DNA from: Octopus sinensis
Lineage: Eukaryota
Assembly: GCF_006345805.1 (NCBI RefSeq)
Contig: NC_043000.1
Coordinates: 91,760,001 to 91,824,000, forward strand
Direction: 5' to 3'
Length of the DNA stretch: 64,000 nt
The stretch's first letter is position 1. Each line of letters opens with the position of its first letter. Made by a program: the position numbers and the translations under genes. The notes under the pieces were generated by a model, which was not told the origin of the DNA, did no database searches, and was given only the letters and a program-made list of their open reading frames with translations. This document shows, one piece after another, positions 39,656 to 54,156 of the stretch.

Positions 39656-39855
39656 GGCAGCGAGCTGGCAGAATCGGGAGTATGTCGGGCAAAATGAATT
39701 GCGGCATTTCGTCGTTCTGAGTTCAAATACAGCCAAGGTCGACTTTACCTTTCATTCAGTCAGGGTCGATAAAATAAGTACCAGTTGAGTACTAGGGTCG
39801 ATGTAATCGACTTATCCCTCTCTCCCAATTTCTGTCCTTGTGCAAAAATGTGAAA
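39656..39855 (+). mobile_element. Family A SINE (short-tail form)
   Basis: GGCAGCGAGCTGGCAGAATCG..GGTCGACTTTACCTTTCATT. Confidence 0.8.
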
Positions 39856-40167
39856 CAAATATGACTAGAATGTTATCTGTTGTATAATATGTAGCTTTGA
39901 AAGTATATTTTTGCTATTATGGGTAATATAAAAAAAATGGTATACATAAAATAATTATAATCTAATTTTTATCAAATTTCATGGTGCTTGTATAAAATGC
40001 TGAAATGAAAACTAATTTTCAAAAGAAAAATACTTATTGCTATAAAATAGAATTAGATAAAACAATATTCAAAAAGTCAATAGAAATTTAATAAATAATT
40101 ACTCTCTATTTTGATTTTATAATATAGAAGTCCACACGCACTCACTTGCTTCGCTTCTCTCTCCATA

Positions 40168-40198
<31 letters not shown>

Positions 40199-41360
40199 TA
40201 TACCACATACACATATATATACACTCCCTCTCCTCCACTTCTAGCTACGATTCTTTCTCACTGTGGGCATGTAATATTCATTTACTCATTGCCAGGCACC
40301 AAACCCAATATGTGCGCTTATCTTGTTCCTCTTGTGTTCATTCTCCTAGCATCTCACTATTACAGTCTCTCTTCCTCCGAATACCATGGAGAAATCAATC
40401 AATCAATCAACCAATAAATATTGGCTATTCTTATAGAGAGATAACAGATCAAAGCATAAAGAATAGAAAATATTACAAATGTCTAGACTTGTGTGGAGAA
40501 CTGAGAAAATTCGATTTTGTACAAGAAAGATACAGCCAATTGAATTGATACCAGTCAACCGATTAAATTTGTGAAACTTGACCTCTGTAAGAATTTACCA
40601 GTAAAGCATTGAAATAAATTCTTAACTTTTAGAACTAGTCTATGATGTCTGTTATTTCATTCGCTCTGTTTCTTAGAAGAGTAACAAAGTATTCATAATA
40701 ATGATAAAAAAAGTAACGAAAAATAGTGCATGCAAATCAGATTTGTATTTAAAACTGAACTACCTGCTAAAGATAGGACAACAGGTATCACTTTATTCAT
40801 AGTGGCAGTGGTAAATAATAATAGTCAAAGTAATGAAGTAAATAAACAAAAAAGCGCTTAATGTGTTCCCAGAAAGCATTTAAAGTATTCTGCAATATGA
40901 TATGACTAGACTCTATCAGTCACACGAAAGATAACACTCTGGTTATATAATATTGTAGAGTCTGTAATTTTACGTAATTTGAATTTTCTCTCTGTCGCGA
41001 TTATATCTAGCCGCCTTGGTTTTAATGGATGGCCAGTTTGCTTAGAAATCTCACTGGATTTTGTAACAGATATTAATGGATATGATTCTATTCATTATTG
41101 AAAAATTTGGTGCACTCAAGTCTAGTCACTAGTATATATTTCCTTTGACTATACTTCAATATGGAAATCTTCTGCTATTGAACATCATTATAAATTAGGA
41201 AAACACACATGCACATACACGCGTGCGCACACACACATATACACTCACACACCACTCACCAAATTAATTAGGTGGAGAATAAAATAAAATTCAAATTAAT
41301 CAAACAAATGGAAAGAGAACCCACAACCATTAAATAGACGCAAGGATGAAGCAGGATAAT

Positions 41361-41759
41361 ACTCTTTTACTTGTTTCAGTCATTTGACTGCGGCCATGCT
41401 GGAGCACCGCCTTTTTGTCGAGCAAATCGACCCTGGGACTTATTCTTTGTAAGCCCAGTACTTATTCTATCGGTCTCTTTTGCCGAACCGCTAAGTGACG
41501 GCGACGTAAACACACCAGCATCGGTTGTCAAGCAATGCTAGGGGGACAAATACAGACACACAAGCATATACACAAACATATATATATACATATATACGAC
41601 GGGCTTCTTTCAGTTTCCGTCTACCAAATTCACTCACAAGACTTTTGTCGGCCCGAGGCTATAGTAGAAGACACTTGCCCAAGATGCCACGCAGTGGGAC
41701 TGAACCCGGAACCATGTGGTTGGTAAGCAAGCTACTTACCACAGAGCCACTCTTGCGCC
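41361..41759 (-). mobile_element. Full-length family B CORE-SINE
   Basis: Near-consensus in reverse. Confidence 0.9.
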
Positions 41760-42813
41760 TACTTGACGATAAATCTATAAAAGAATATATAAAATCAAAG
41801 TCGATTATGAAACTGCAATTTTATTTATTTTGAAATTACATTTTTACTCTCAGAAAAGATTTAGTAGACTAGGAGTTGATAATCTAAGTAATTTAGCAGA
41901 AATCATTGAAAAAGTGATGTGGCTCTAATTGGTCACTAGACCTGTCAACAGCCGTCTATCCCACAAACAAATTATTTTTAAAAAAATCGGAACTATTCGA
42001 TGTTGTAGTCCAAGTTACACTGTAGCTGAGAATAAAGACACAGTGCCTAAGGAGGAACACATTTTCTCATAGGTTGTTAGTTCATAGATTAGCAGAGACT
42101 AAACAGGAGCAAAAATATAAACTTAACGCTTTGCTCGCAGCTCAAGGCCAACATATCTCTTCAAAAACTTCCAAATAGAAAGAAAACAAAAATTAATTCT
42201 AAAACGGTCAAAGGCATCGAATTTGTAAAAAGACACGAGACTTATCTCTGTCCAAAACACACACCATATACTTACGCATGGAAGCTTTCTCTATTGCACG
42301 TTATATCAGTAGTATGGAAATAAGAAACGTGACAATAAAGAAAATTAGACAGCTTACAAAGCCAATACAAGCGTAAACCTTAGGAAAGTGATATTATGAC
42401 ATCAATGAGTGGCAACAAAAGGTGGTGCTATTGCAGTTGTTGGTGTTTACCCACATGTCAGCTCTGACCAAACAACTTGTACTGAATGGTGTTCAGACAA
42501 TGCTCATCACACATTCTGCCCAAACATTATATAATTAAAACATTATTATCCAATGTGCTTTTCCATTTATGAGATGGTGAAATATAGTGAGGTTCGGATT
42601 TGGCTGCTAAATCTAGCAGGTCAACAAACCTCGTACAGACATCCAAATTAGCAACAACTGTTTGCTCTACACATCCCACATGAAGAAGACGATTGTGATA
42701 TTGTACATTATAATATAAGGATAAGACATTTCAATAATTAGATGTTTCAATATAATGATTTTCTTATGTGTAATTGATGTGAATTTTACACACTGAGTGA
42801 AAGTTTCAGAATT

Positions 42814-42971
42814 AGGAATGGCTGTGTGGTAAGAATTTTGCTTCCCAACCGCATGATTCAATTTTCAGTCCCACTGCATGACACCTTAGGTAAGTATCTT
42901 CTACTATAGCCTCGGGACGACCAAAGCCTTGTGAAAGGATTTGGTAGACGGAAACCGAAAGAAGCCAATCG

Positions 42972-43007
<36 letters not shown>

Positions 43008-43056
43008 TGCATAAATATATATATATATTTACACATACTCACATATACATACACAT

Positions 43057-43128
<72 letters not shown>

Positions 43129-43366
43129 GTATCAATATATGTGCATGTCTATGTGTGTCTTTGTGTCTGTGTTTGTCCCCACCACCACCGCTTGACAACG
43201 GGTGTTGGTGTCTTTATATCCCCGTAACTTAGTGGTTCGGCAAAAGAGGTCTATAGAAAAAGTAGTAGGCTTAATAAAGAATAAAAAAAATTTCTTTAAG
43301 GCGGTGCCCCAGCATGGCTGCTGTCTAATGACTGAAACAAGTAAAAGAATAATAGAATAAAAGAAT
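42814..43366 (+). mobile_element. Family B CORE-SINE with expanded internal (TA)/(CA) repeat
   Basis: Head, CORE and tail all present. Confidence 0.85.
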
Positions 43367-43456
43367 AAATTGATGTAATGAATTGGTATGGGGATATAAG
43401 ACAATGCAAAATGAAGGAAAGTGCATAGATTGTTTAATATATGTTCATAGTAAGTT

Positions 43457-43650
43457 GGCAAGCTAGCAGAATCATTAGCACGCCGGACGAAATGTTTAGC
43501 GGTATTTCGTCCGTCTTCACGTCCTGCGTTCAAGTTCCACCGAGGTCGACTTTGCCTGTCATCCTTTCGGGGTCGATAAATTAAGTACCAGTTGCCAACT
43601 GGCCCCCACTCCCCAAAAATTTCGGGCCTTGTGCCTAGGGTAGAAAAGAA
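43457..43650 (+). mobile_element. Family A SINE (short-tail form)
   Basis: Ends GGCCCCCACTCCCCAAAAATTTCGGGCCTTGTGCCTAGGGTAGAAAAG. Confidence 0.85.
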
Positions 43651-44491
43651 TATATGTTGATAGTCATAAAGGAGAAGACTAAGCTTAATAGACTTAGAGA
43701 AAGAAACAGAATTAAAACAAAACATTTGTCAACATTAGGTATCCCGTGCGGATCATGACAGATTTACAAATATAACTAGCAAAATATTATGTTGAAGGTC
43801 TCATCATTTTGAAATGAAAAAGTAGGCATTATGTGCTGATATATCAATATATACATGAGCAACAGTAGTCTTTCGATTCGAAAAAGACTGTTCTACAATT
43901 TTTTGCTCTACTACTGTAAGTTATGGTGACACGGTAAATGTCAGAAAAAATATTGAGTACATCTAAGAAAATTATAGTATGGAGGTTTTGTTTACTACAA
44001 AACGTCTAATTAAATCTGCATCATGCGTTCATCTCTGTCATCAGAAATTGTCGCATAGTTGTAATTTATTGCTAGAAATAAAATGAAATGTTAGTATTTT
44101 ATGAAAATCATCATGCTTGAGTTTAAATAGTAGGTCGAGTTCCTAAAATTATTTTAGATATGATGTTTCTACGTAATACACATGTTACAAAGCATTGATT
44201 TGTTAATATAAAGTACATCACAATTCACATTTTCCTAATTAATTGTCCTTCAAATTCCATATATAAGCGGAATGAGGTAGGGTATTTCAATAACCTTCGT
44301 TTCAAAAAGATGATATGCGATAGTGATAACATGTGTAAAAGTTTCTCTAAGGTAATTAATGCTTTATTGTCAATCTAGCGTTAATATTTGAGCTAACGTT
44401 CGCTTTACGAATCAGACAACTACTTTATCATTCCTTTTAGAGATGGTTCACTTCTGATGATTGTCATCTTATTATATTAGTATATAAATAT

Positions 44492-44869
44492 TCTTTATTC
44501 TTTTATTGTTTTACTTGTTTCAGGTGTTTAAATGCGGCCATGCTGGAGCACCGCCTTTAGTCGAACAATTCGACCTCAGGACTTATTCTATCGGTCTCTT
44601 TTGCCAAACTGCTATATTTCGGGGACATAAACACACCAACATCGGTTGTCAAGTGATGGCGGGGGTGGGGGAGACAAACACAGGCACCCATACACCTAAA
44701 CATACACATATACATACACGACGGATTTCTTTCGGTTTCTGTCTACCAAATCCACTCACAAGGCTTTGGTCGGCTATAGTAGAAGACATTTGCCCAAGAT
44801 GCCACGTGGTGGGACTGCACCCAGAACCATGTGGCTAGGAAGCAAACTTCTTACTGTGCATCCACGCCT
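44492..44869 (-). mobile_element. Family B CORE-SINE
   Basis: Diverged full-length copy. Confidence 0.8.
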
Positions 44870-44889
44870 TCGCCAAACACACACACATA

Positions 44890-45200
44890 GTAAATTCGAG
44901 GAAAGGGGTAAGTCGATTTAAATCAACCACGGTGATCAACAGATCAACAGGCGCTTATTTTGTTAACCCCGAAAAGATGAAAGATGAAGTCAACCTCAGC
45001 AGAATTTGAACTCAGACAGTAAAGACGCACGAAATGCCGCTAAACATGTTGGTCGGTGTGCTAACGATTCTGCCAATTCACTGCTTCATTCATCTGTAAT
45101 ATACTGATTTTAAATTTAGGTAAAAGACCAGCAAATTTGGGGGAGGAGCTAAGTCAATTACATCCACCTAGGGATCAAATGGCACTTATTTTATTACCAC
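44890..45200 (-). mobile_element. Decayed family A SINE(s)
   Basis: CCCGAAAAGATGAAAG..GTCAACCTCAGCAGAATTTGAACTCAG. Confidence 0.65.
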
Positions 45201-45811
45201 CTTATTTTATCGTCTACGTATATGAGTGGACGTACTTTCCACCTTTCTTTATGGGTATAAACGTTCGACTGGGAGCATGAAAGAAGTCGGTTTCAATAGT
45301 TATTTATAGGTTATATCAACTCCAGTGATTACTTTGCTATGAATCTTATCTAAACACGAAAACAAACGTATTTTGGTGTCATAAACCGAATCACGCCATT
45401 ATCGACATCTATATAAAGTCGATACTTAAAAAATGAATTTACCTTGAATCAAGACATATGACATTTGAAAGATCATGACATAAATAACTTGACTAACATT
45501 TTGGTCTATACTGACTGCACTTGAGAAGCTTGTACAGCCTGTGCTCATATGACTGTGGCCTCTGAAATAATGAATACACTTCATCGTTACAACAATGGAA
45601 ATTTTGGTACAAGAGGGCAGAATTAATTTGTAAGTGCCATTGTAAAACTAAGCTCATTTCCTCAAACCTCAACAGAATTATTGAAGCAAACTAAATAAAA
45701 CTCAAAAGCAAGAAGAAAAAACCGAAGACCGGAGTGTTACTAACCAGTGTGACTATCAATTCATAGCTATGCGCGTGTATATATATATATATATATATAT
45801 AGATATATATA

Positions 45812-45854
<43 letters not shown>

Positions 45855-46191
45855 TTATAAGAGCATATATTTATAACAGTGCATATGAATGTGTGTTCGC
45901 ATATATATGTACGTATGGCTGTGAGTGCGCAATATGTATCTGATTATTATTCCTCTTTGTCACTATGCATACACGCAAACACACACACACACACACACAA
46001 ACAAACACACAACCAAATAAGCTATGCTATGTCTGCCATTCTACCGATGATAGAAAACTAAAAATGTTTTTGAACAGCACACAGATACGTATGAGTGTGA
46101 AGCAAATGATATTGCAGAAACTCCAGGGAGACATATAAAAGTTGATGCAGAGCTCTATGGTAATGTGATATTCAAACTATTACCAATATGT

Positions 46192-46233
<42 letters not shown>

Positions 46234-46559
46234 AAAGAATCTGTCCCTTACTTTGAAATGCCAAAATATTGTTGACAACATTTCATGAAAGATCTTGTAT
46301 CCACTCCAGACATCTAGATAGAATGTATTGCGTAAAGTAAAGAGTTATGCCCTTTGCTTGTCTTTAGTAGAGTCCACTCTGTTGCACGCATCCCCAACTA
46401 AAGATGTTGGCATCTTGATGCATTGCTCTTTACTGCAATGGCCAGTGATTCATTCTTCCTTCTACCATTGCACTGTTTCTACCATTTCTGCAGTTTCAAA
46501 GGGAAAGATGCTGCTAAGAATCCTGTCTGACACGCGAACGTTTGTGTCAGCTCACCACC

Positions 46560-46574
46560 TTTCTACTACTGCTG

Positions 46575-46627
<53 letters not shown>

Positions 46628-46860
46628 ACTGTTGCCACAAATAATAATGATGATGATGATGATGATAATAACAATATTATAAGAAGAAGAAAAAGAAGAA
46701 GAAGAAGAAGTAGAAGAAAAGAAGAAGAAGAGAAGAAGAAGAAGAAGAAGAAGAAGAAGAAAAGAAGAAAAGAAGAAGAAGAAGAAGAAGAAGAAGAAGA
46801 AGAAGAAGAAGAAGAAGAAGAAGAAGAAGAAGAAGAAGAAGAAGAAGAAGAAGAAGAAGC
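46560..46860. repeat. (CTA/CTG)n-(GAT)n-(GAA)n microsatellite
   Basis: Direct reading. Confidence 0.95.
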
Positions 46861-46861
46861 T

Positions 46862-47700
46862 GTTTATATGTGGGTGATAGAATCACTTTGCTATGGCATG
46901 AGAATTATAAAACGGCAAAAAAGAGAAGTGAAGAAAATGGATACCAAGAGTAGAAAAATGTTGACAGTGCACGGAACCTTCCACTCTAAGAGTGACACCG
47001 ATAGGTTGTACTTGTCCAGAAGAAAAGAAGTTTCATCAGTTGCCAGGACTGTATTGATGCAGATTAAAATAGCTGAGGGTGGTAGCTAAAGAATGCTTTG
47101 CAGCCACTGTTGAAATGCATGAAATAAACTAGCATCATCAAAACGGAAAATTTTGTAACGAAAAAAATTTTAAACAAGAAATGAAAAAAAAAAAGAAAAG
47201 ACATGAAAGGAAAAATTTGCGGTTAGTTCGCAAGAGATGTGAACGCCAAGATAGATACAGAGGACTAGTGGCTATAGAAGAGGAGGAGTGACCTGAAAAT
47301 TAAGACAGAAGCACTCAAATGTGCAGCTCAGGAACAAGCATTAAGGACCAACTATATGAAGTGCGGAATAGACAACACTACCAATAGTGACAAATGCAGA
47401 ACGTGTGGTGAGATGAGTGAAACGGTATGGTACATCATTATCAAATGCCAGAAATTGGAACAACACAAATACAAAAGACACCATGACAATGTGGGAGCTC
47501 TGTGAAAATCATGGCCTACAAAGAGCAAAGTTGTGGTATAAGCAACATCCAGAAGGAGTTACCAAAAATGAGAATTGCAAAATCTTAAGAGATCCAATGC
47601 GATCAGCCGACCAGACATTGGAAACCAAACCTTGTTGTGGTAAATAAAAAAGGAAGAACATGTATGATAATCAACACACATGCCAGAACAAAACAAAAAT
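46862..47700 (+). mobile_element. R4/Dong-clade LINE fragment (post-RT region to endonuclease), heavily decayed
   Basis: KKMDTKSRKMLTVHGTFHSKSDTDRLYLSRRKE; KTEAL..AAQEQALRTNY; CRTCGEMSETV; WELC..HGL..WY. Confidence 0.8.
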
Positions 47701-47904
47701 AATGTGTGTGTATGTGTGTGTACTTGTGAGGGTTTTGCATGCAAACAAGACTAATATGATTTTTAAAAAATGGGAAATCAACAATGTGTAATCCTCAATA
47801 GGGAGAAGATGTTCAAGGGCTGCTCATGGAATAAAACCTCAAAACTTATAAACTTAAAGGGGGTGCAAATACACTATTGTGTGATTTTTCTTTATAAAAT
47901 TCAT

Positions 47905-48075
47905 GTGTATATGTGTGTCTGTGTCTGCTCCCCCACCATCACTTGACAACCGATGCTGGTGTGTTTACATCTCCGTAGCATAGTGGTTCAGCATAAGTCC
48001 TGGGGTTGATTTGTTCGATGAAAGGCAATGCTCCAGCATGGCCGCAGTCAAATGACTGAAACAAATAAAAGAATA
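47905..48075 (+). mobile_element. Family B SINE 3' half
   Basis: CACTTGACAACCGATGCTGGTGTGTTTAC..GCTCCAGCATGGCCGCAGTCAAATGACTGAAAC. Confidence 0.8.
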
Positions 48076-48221
48076 TAATGATAATAATAGGCCTACCAAT
48101 ATATACAGTATATTTCCCTCCCCTGGGTGTCAGGAAGACACTCAGCAAGAAATGGAAACAGAATCGTAAAGAAGGTCGTAATGAAAATAATAATAATAAT
48201 AATAATAATAATCTATTCTAC

Positions 48222-48422
48222 TGGAAGCACAGGGCCTCAAAATTTGGGTGAAGGGATTAAGTCGATTACATCGACTCCAGTGTGCAACTGGTACTAATTT
48301 CATTGATCCTGAAAGGATGAAAGGCAAAGTTGACGTCAGCGGAATTTGAACTCAGAACATAGTGACAGATGAAAAACTCCCAAGCATTTTGCCTGGCATG
48401 GTAATAATTCTGCCAGCTCACT
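48222..48422 (-). mobile_element. Family A SINE (short-tail form)
   Basis: Reverse match. Confidence 0.75.
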
Positions 48423-48434
48423 TTAATAATAATG

Positions 48435-48482
<48 letters not shown>

Positions 48483-48859
48483 TAATAATAATAATGACAA
48501 TAATAATAATCAATTGAAAAAATAAATCATATGATCAACTGAAAGAAAAACCAAAGATTTAATGTCAATCAAGGAGAGGCTGTTAAATTTTGGCAAGGGA
48601 GAATTTCTCTCGTAAACTCGTTAACATCTAGCCAAAACGGAATAATTGTAGCATTAGTTTTTCCTTTTTTATTCTGTTTGTTGCAGCAATGAAGAAGATG
48701 AAGATGATGGTGGTAGTAGTAGTGATGATGATGACGATAAGTCTGTGGATAACCATGGTATTCGGTAGACGTTGGAAGCAGGGCAAGTGAAATGATGAAG
48801 ATAATGATCTCAAAAGTGATGATATCATTGAGATATAAACTAGTCATGAGAAAAATCAA

Positions 48860-49247
48860 CTAAATTGCAATGATGATGATGATGATGAGGAGAAGGAGGA
48901 GGAGGGGTAGAATGAGGAAGTTGAGGAGGTGGAGGAGGGTGAAGAAGAATACGAAGAGGAGGAGGGAGAGGAAAAGATTAAAGTGGTAGAAACGTGAGAA
49001 CAGGAGGAAGAAGGATAGAAAGAGAAGGAGAAGAGAAGAAGGAGGAAAGAGGAGAAGAGGAAGAAGGAGGAAGAGGAAAGGAAGAAGTGGAGAATAAAGA
49101 GGTTAATAGTAGGAGTGGTGCTCTAAGTGCAGTGATGGTAGCCATGATTGTGAAGCAGTGATGTTTGTGTTGTTGATTGTTGTGATGATGGTAGCGTTGA
49201 TGATAGTGGTGGTGGTGTTAGTTGATAGTAATGTTGGTGGTGGTGGT

Positions 49248-49279
<32 letters not shown>

Positions 49280-50600
49280 TGCCATAGTGGTTGTGGTGGT
49301 GGTTGGTAGCATGGTTAAATAATCTTTGCAGGAAGAACATTTATGAAAACAGTTGTTTGATAATAAAAAAAAAAATGAAACAAAAAAAATTAAAATGGAA
49401 GCGAAAGAAGCATAATCATGATAAGGAGGAGGAGGATAAAAGGGAAATACATAGAAAGATAGGTTAGGCTAAGGAAGAGGAGAAAAGAATAAGTAGGAGG
49501 AGGAGGTGGAGAGGAAGAAGAAAAAGAAGAGGAAGGTAAAAAAGAAGAAGAAGGATGAGGAGGACGAGAAAGAGAAAAAGGTGATAACCAACGTCAACAA
49601 TGACAACAACAACAACAACAACAACATAACAACAGCAACAATATGGAATGAAGAAAAAGAAGGAAGTAGCAGAAGAAGATGAAGAATAAAGGAACAACAA
49701 TGACAGCAACAACAACAATGAAAATTGAAGTAGAAAAATGAAGAAAAATGAAGCAGCAAAAGAAGTAAAAGAAGGAGGAGGATGAGAGGTGGTGGAGAAG
49801 GAGGAGGAAGAAGAGATGAAGAAGGCAAAAGAAGGAGGAGAAGGAGACGAAGACAAAAAGGAAGAAGGAGGAGAAGAAGTAGAAGACAAAAAGGAAACAA
49901 AAAGAAGGAGGAGGAGGCAGAGAAGAAGACAAAAAGGAAACAAAAAGAAGGAGGAGGAGGCAGAGAAGAAGACAAAAAGGAAACAAAAAGAAGGAGGAGG
50001 AGGCAGAGAAGAAGAGAAAAAAGGAGGAGGAGGAGAAGAAGAAAAAGAAGAAGAAGAAGAAGAAAAAGAAGAAGAACAACAACGACAATAACAACAACAA
50101 CAAAAAATGAAGGAGAATGAAGAAGTAGGAAAAGAAGAAAAACAACAACAACGACAATAGCAGCAACAAAGAATGAAGAAGAATAGAGAAGTAGCGAAAG
50201 AAAAAGGAGAAGAAGAACAGCAACAAGAACAAGAATTTGGAGAATGAAGGAGAGAAAGTAGATGGTGCAGAAGAAGAAGAATGAAAAAGAATGAATGAAG
50301 TTGAAAAGAAGTGTCGGAAATGGAAAAGGAAGAAATTAAAATGAAAAAAAAAAACAAAAGTTACAGAGAGGAAGATGTAGAGAAGGAAGAAAAGAGTAGG
50401 AAAAGCAAAAAGAAAAACCAAAGATGGTAAATTTAAAAGCAAAACAGAAAACAAAACCAAAAAAAACAGGCATAGAACACAGATATGAAGAAAGAAATGG
50501 TGCAAAGAAAAACAAAAAAATCCCAAACTAAACAAGAATGGTAAGAAGAAGCTGATTAAAATGAATGCAAAAAGATGAACTGCAGACAAAAGAGGAATGA
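48860..50600 (+). repeat. Long polypurine (GAA/GAG/CAA) low-complexity tract
   Basis: Strongly A/G-biased; source of the long F/L/S and E/K/R ORFs; contains 3 x 43-bp repeat at 49882-50010. Confidence 0.9.
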
Positions 50601-51109
50601 AAGATCCTGTATCAGATATCAGTTATCAGATAAAAAAAAAAAAAAGTATTATTTCACACACTAATCTAATGATCGAATATTGATGGTGGAAGGGGTGGAC
50701 AGGGGGGTAATTTAAGCTTTTCTTATTTGTTTATGAATTTATTTATATAACAGATTTTAGTTTTTAAAATTTTTTATCATCATTACAGACACACATACAC
50801 ACAGGCACACGTTCACTCGCACATAGATTTGTATACAATCAGAGGAAATTATACACACAGAATGCATATGTACTAAGCTGTAACACCTTCATGCTTTCTC
50901 GCACATAAATACATGTACACATATGAATAGAATAAACAACGTAAAACTGCATAATTTCGTAATATAAAAAAAATATTTGCAAAGAATTAAGAGACATGGT
51001 TTGTTTGTATTGCAAGTAATATCATCTTGTCTCCTTCCGTGTATGTCATTATCTGTTTCTTAAAGAAATCCTTTATAGCAAAAGAAATATAAAGTATATA
51101 AACATATAC

Positions 51110-51635
<526 letters not shown>

Positions 51636-52159
51636 TTTAAAAATGAAAGGAACTTGTAATTTATTTAAACAGATGTTACTTCTTAATTTGGTGGTGGTGG
51701 TGGTGGCGGTGGTGGAGATGGTAGTGATGCTGGTAAGTGGGTGGGGCTAGCGGTAAAATCGCAAGTTGTCAATTGCAAGTTACTACTATGATGGCAAACA
51801 ACATAGCTTTAAGACTCAGCTGCAGTATTTTAATTGTTGTAGGTTGAAGGTACTTAGACCTTGTGGTTAGGATGTTGCACGCATGGTCATAAAATAATGA
51901 TTTCAATTCCAAGACTGTGTTGCACATTGTGTTTTTTTACTAAATACATTCTTCTGGTTCATTAAATTGTAAAATGCATTCTGGCAATAGCTATGAAGTT
52001 AACTCTGCAATGGATTCACATCCCATTCAGTAGGGGAGGGTTGTTATCTCAGTTACTTATACACCATAGAAAATGGGTTAAGCTCCACCCTTATAAGTTC
52101 TAAGGTTCATGGCAAAGCTAAGTCAATGTGATTTACAATCATAGTATCCTTTATCAAAT

Positions 52160-52510
52160 TTTGGTACAGGACCAACAAGTTCAGGGGAGGATGTCAATCG
52201 ATTACATTGACACCAGTGTTAAACTGGTACTTACTTTATAAGACCCTAAAATGATGAATGGCAAAGTCGACCTCAGAAGAATTTGATATTTACTGTATTG
52301 ATATCAATAACTTGGTTAAGACATCAACTGGTGTTGGTGTGTTTATGTCTCCATAACTTAGTGGTTCAGCAAAAGAGACCAGCACAATATGCATTAAGCT
52401 TGAGAAATAAGTCCTGGGGGTCAATTCATTTGATTAAAACCCTTCAAGGCAGTGCTCCAGCATGAGCACAGTCAAACGACTTGAGCAAGTAAAAGAGTAA
52501 AAGAATAAAA
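52160..52510. mobile_element. Decayed family A (minus) and family B 3' half (plus) SINE remnants
   Basis: GGCAAAGTCGACCTCAG; GGTGTTGGTGTGTTTATG..CAGTGCTCCAGCATG. Confidence 0.65.
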
Positions 52511-52525
52511 GAATATATATATAGG

Positions 52526-52918
52526 TGCAGGAGTGGCTGTGTGGTAAGTAGCTTGCTTACCAGCCACATAGTTCCGGGTTCAGTCCCACTGCGTGGCATC
52601 TTGGGCAAGTGTCTTCCACTATAGCCTTGGGCCAACCAAAGCCTTGTGAGTGGATTTGGTAGATGGAAACTGAAAGAAGCTTGTTGTATATATATATATG
52701 TATGTATGTATGTGTATGTTTGTGTGTCTGTGTTTGTCCCCCTGCCATCACTTGACAACCGATGTTGGTGTGTTTACACTCCTGTAACCTAGCAGTTTGG
52801 CAAAAGAGATTGACAAAATAAGTACTTGGCTTACAAAGAATAAGTGCTGGGGTTGATTTGTTTAACTAAGGAGACAATGCTCCAGTATGGCCGCAGTCAA
52901 ATGACTGAAACAAATAAG
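52526..52918 (+). mobile_element. Full-length family B CORE-SINE
   Basis: Near-consensus. Confidence 0.88.
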
Positions 52919-53545
52919 GGAGTGAAAATGTATATATATATATATATATATATTTATATTATTTTCTCTTTTTCCTGGATCATAAAGTCTACTTTCAGGG
53001 AAATTGTCTCTTATTTCTTGCAAGCTTAATAGCCTTGTAGAAGATTGCTCTTTTCAATTTGGCAAGGGGATGTTCTTTTGTCACAAAAACCTTTCCAGTG
53101 AAAGCAAGAATTCACCTTTACAAACAAGGAATATTCAGAAATTTAGAGTCAAGTGCATTGTGCTAAAAATCAAACAAAATCACTCTGATATGTAATTGAA
53201 TTCTTGACATATAGCTTGTGCTACTCAAGTACATTGCCCACTTGTTGGTTGTTTCGCATCTAAAGAGATGGCTATTTTGCATATAATTCGTTGTGTAAGC
53301 TAGTGTAGGAGAGGTTTTGCAGAAGCCATCATTTTTGTGATATTAGTTGTTCAGAATGTGCTTCTTTCACTGAGAGGTAGGATTCACACAGACACAGCAA
53401 AACAATGCAGAGAGAGAGAGAGAAAGAGAGCGAGAGAGAGTATGTTTGTGGTCAGGTTTAAAAATCATGACCATATGATCTGAGATGCATAGCCATCCAA
53501 ACTGTCAGTAGTCACATACACATACACACCATGTCACTCACATAT

Positions 53546-53626
<81 letters not shown>

Positions 53627-53874
53627 CATGCACAAATATATATATATATATACACAGACATGCAGGAAGTAAATAGGCATCTTTAATTTTCGACTGTTTT
53701 CATTGGTGTAGAATTTACAATGTAATTATTCTTTTTCATTCCAGGTGCCATTATATTAAACATTGCTAAGTTTACGAGCAAGATATTTTGTTGGTCTTAC
53801 AACTGGATTCTGATACACCATCAATGCCCAGAGTATCAATCAAACAAACGCAACTATATAGATATGGGTTGTGG

Positions 53875-54045
53875 AGATGTATCGCTGAGTGGTAAAGGTG
53901 TTGGACTCATAATCCTAAGATTGTGGTTTCAATTCCTGGGCCAGGATATTCATTGTGCTCTTCAACAAAACACAACATTTCACATTGTTCTAGTCCCTTC
54001 AGCAGGCAAAAGTGTGTAATCCTGCTTCAGAACAGCATTCAGTCC
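53875..54045 (+). mobile_element. Decayed family D SINE
   Basis: GAGTGGTAAAGGTGTTGGACTC..GGTTTCAATTCCTGG..TGTGCTCTT. Confidence 0.5.
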
Positions 54046-54085
54046 ATCTGGGTGTATATATATATATATATATATAAGTATATAT

Positions 54086-54156
<71 letters not shown>

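Noticed and set aside
40309-40416. Short ORF MCAYLVPLVFILLASHYYSLSSSEYHG.. resembling a signal peptide
   Set aside because: 35 codons, no splice donor before the stop, runs into an (ATCA)n repeat; expected by chance.
47780-47880. Tc1-like terminal motif GGGGGTGCAAATAC (also AAAAGTTTATGAACCACC near 55386)
   Set aside because: No matching partner TIR or transposase sequence found.
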